64,000 bases of DNA from Azolla caroliniana (Eukaryota > Plantae > Polypodiophyta): assembly GCA_043228905.1 (NCBI GenBank), contig JBHGNT010000010.1, positions 18,290,001-18,354,000 of the forward strand, in the 5' to 3' direction. The translations under genes were made by a program, and so were the position numbers. The notes under the pieces were generated by a model. That model worked only from the letters and a program-made list of their open reading frames with translations. It was not told the DNA's origin and searched no databases. Below, piece by piece: positions 61,093-64,000 of the stretch. Numbering within the stretch: position 1 is the first letter of the stretch; each line of letters begins with the position of its first letter.

Positions 61093-61691
61093 GTAACCAC
61101 AATCACTTTAACCAGAGTTACTTATGATTGCATCAATGATTACAAAGTCAAACTAACATATTGATGATTATTTTATACTCAAAATAACATACAATGAATT
61201 TGAAGATCATGAAGGAAATAATGATAGAGGTTCATGAATGAACCAATGATTGATTACTCAAAGCAACATTTTTATGACTCTTAATTGCTTTATACTAAAG
61301 ATGTGGGCATGAATGAACCAATGACTGAGAAGTTCTATATTAAATGTGGGTGCCATTAAATAACCAATTATTTTAACTTTAATCCAACATATATCTGGCT
61401 TTGTAATGATTGTAATTTATTTATACTTGATTTAACTTTATACATACTAGTTTAAGTAATTATTAATATGTTGAATACAATTACTATATTAAAAATAATA
61501 TCTTTATGTATTGTATTAATATAATATTAAATAATATAGACATTATATTGAGGGAGCTTTTGTTTAGAGAGGAGTTTATGTTTGGAGAGGAGTTTATGTT
61601 TAGAGAGGAGTATATGTTTAGAGAGGAGCTTATCAGTTTTTTATGTTAGCCTAAGCACATAACTTAAAGAGCTCTGTGTGGACCTCAAGCC

Positions 61692-62439
61692 ATGAGTGAA
61701 GATTCACCGTTCTCGATTGAAGAATATTGTTTGTCATCATACTCTTCATTTTCTATCGAAGAGTATTGTTTGTCGACAGACTCACCATTTTCTATTGAAG
61801 AGTATTGTCTGTCAACAGACTCACCATATTCTATCGAAGAGTATTGTCTGAGCTCGTCTTCACCTACAACGAATGTGAATAATGACACATGTGAAGAGTT
61901 CTCTATTGAAGATTACGATATTAATAAAGATATGGAGAATGAAGGTAGTACCAATGAAACATCGAATATCATGGGCGAAGGTCACAACAAAGAATTGGAT
62001 AGTAACAAGGTTACACCAACTTCTATGCATGAAGAGAAATCTGGAAGCCCTATGCATATTAGAAGAATCCCATGAAGAATTCGTCTAGCTAGATTTAATT
62101 TGGTGACATCAGATAAACAGATTGGATTTGATGTCAAGAAAATATGTTGTGCTCATGGTTGTATGTTGACGGGAACTCAACGCTCCTTATACGCAACGCT
62201 CGGCCACAACCGAGCTTAGAATCATACACAGAAAACAGGAAACGAAAACACGCGACACAAAGGAGAGAAGAGTACACAGGATGTTTACGTGGAAAAACCC
62301 AAATTAGGGAAAAAACCACGGCAGCCCACAGGCTGCAAACTATCACTATGCTAGAATGTACAACAGTGAGTTCACGGAGGCAACAACCTCGTGCTCACGA
62401 TCTTCGCCACAGGCGGCGGTTACAGCAGAGGCAACGACC

Positions 62440-62509
<70 letters not shown>

Positions 62510-64000
62510 TACACTGTTACGCGCTCTCTCTTCTTGCACCAACAAGAAAATGACAACAACCATAACTATAAGTTTGCCCTAAGTCATATTTATACTAATA
62601 TGACTTTTTGGCTATTTACAAATATAGCCTCGATGGACTCTTAGAAACATATTTACGAATATGTCTCTTCATCCGGTGAGCATTCCTCACCGGGTCTGCA
62701 CCATCCGGCTCTCCGTAGTCGGGTACTCCTCATCTGGTTCTCACCAGGCTTACACCATCCGGCTCTCCGTAGCCGGGTACTCCTCATCCGGTTCTCACCG
62801 GGTCTGCACCATCCGGCTCTCCGTAGCCGGGTACTCCTCATCCGGTTCTCACCGGGCCTGCACCATCCGGCTCTCCGTAGCCGGGTACTCCTCATCCGGT
62901 TCTCACCGGGTCTGCACCATCCGGCTCTCCGTAGCCGGGTACTCCTCTTTCGGCCGAGATTGTTCGTCGGCACTGTTCTTCTCCCTTCCCATCCAGAGGG
63001 ACCTGTCCCCCAACATATGTCTACGATTGGAAAATCAAAGTTGCGAGAATTAAGGCGATACTATTTTTCGATGATTGGTGATGAGCAAGACAATTACCTC
63101 GGGTCACATATGCAACTAGTGTCTGACAAATGTATTGGGATCAAAATATCATTCGAGTATTATATCTTCCATGCGCAACAGATATGTAGAGTTGCATTCA
63201 AAATTGCGCTATGTGTTAGTAACATGCGGCTACATAGAGTACAACAACGTCTACTTAGCGGGGATCAGATGCTCAATTGTAAAGAGGTTCCACGTATGAA
63301 AGATGTAATTGGAAGACATGCTATTGGTTGGATGAAAAGTTACTTTCAGTTAAATTGTGAAGTAATGCCCACTACAGGTAGGATGCACCTCTCTGATAAT
63401 TACACACATCGGGAATTTTATGATGTCTATCGATTTGATAAGTCTGTCACATATAGCCAATTCACAAGATTATGGAGAGCTCGGTTTTCAAATGTTATCA
63501 TTCCACGTAAAGTACACATGGGGTATTGCTCCATTTGTGCAAATCTTAAAAGTTTGGCTAAAGGTGCAAAGACATCAATGGAAAAGGATATGAGTAAGAA
63601 GTTACTACAAGAGCATCATGAGGCACAATCGTTAGAACGAAAGAAGGTGATGCATCATAGAGAGAAGTGTTTGAAGAGGCCCGAACAATACATGTGCTTA
63701 ATGATAGATGGCATGGACCAGAAGAAGACATGCTTGCCGCATATGCGGAGGCTCCCCAAAGACATCAATGATGAGTGCCTTGTTAAAATGCACTTGGTGG
63801 GATGCTTGGCTTATAATAGGTTAGTTGGACCTCACGTCTTCATTACATACCCTAATGTTCACAATGACCCTAACCTAACAGTTACAGTGATTCACCGAGT
63901 TTTGATGTCTTGGGGCCAACCTTTCCCCCCTACTCTATACATTCAATTGGACAATACTGCTAGAGAGAACAAAAATTCAACTATGTTTGGCTATCTAAGT
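61692..64000 (+). pseudogene. DUF7869-type (Sola-like) DDD transposase, interrupted by one in-frame stop and a solo LTR; runs off the window
   Basis: ATG 61692, acidic (SIEEYCLSTDSPF)x4 repeats, TGA at 62073, frame continues to KKICCAHGC; after removing the LTR it joins MSTIGK... and is open from 63017 to 64000 with CRVAF, F..LW...F, GYCSIC, CLMIDGMDQKKT.LP and LYIQLDNTARENKN. Confidence 0.75.
62167..63015 (-). mobile_element. Solo LTR inserted in the transposase gene
   Basis: TG...CAACA with flanking duplication TATGT (62162-62166 / 63016-63020); internal 60-bp tandem repeat x~5 (62671-62948) and (CT)n; excision restores the transposase frame. The left boundary could also be 62164 (TGTTG). 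Confidence 0.85.

Overview
Eukaryotic, repeat-rich land-plant DNA, most likely a fern or another seedless vascular plant (inferred from the MADS gene type, the Pol iota-like gene and the TE types). I reconstructed two host genes exon by exon on the minus strand: a MIKC-type MADS-box gene (7 coding exons, 6758-16923, 230 aa, 8.6-kb TE-filled first intron, long hairpin upstream of its ATG) and a Y-family DNA polymerase (11 exons, 29390-33218, 669 aa) with a Pol iota-like catalytic core and a Pol eta-like UBZ tail. From 35.6 to 53.9 kb three LTR retrotransposons are nested: a degenerate Copia holds a young Gypsy, which holds a Copia with an intact ORF. The Gypsy has a large extra ORF and tRNA-complementary sites at both inner LTR borders, with no polypurine tract. 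The most notable region is 54-64 kb. It has an intron-containing gene for a ParB/Srx-like domain fused to a bacterial-type beta-class amino (N6-A/N4-C) DNA methyltransferase, two arrays of 33-bp palindromes, and a divergently oriented DUF7869-type DDD transposase, together suggesting a DNA transposon that carries its own DNA methylase. All family assignments come from motifs read by eye; no database searches were run.
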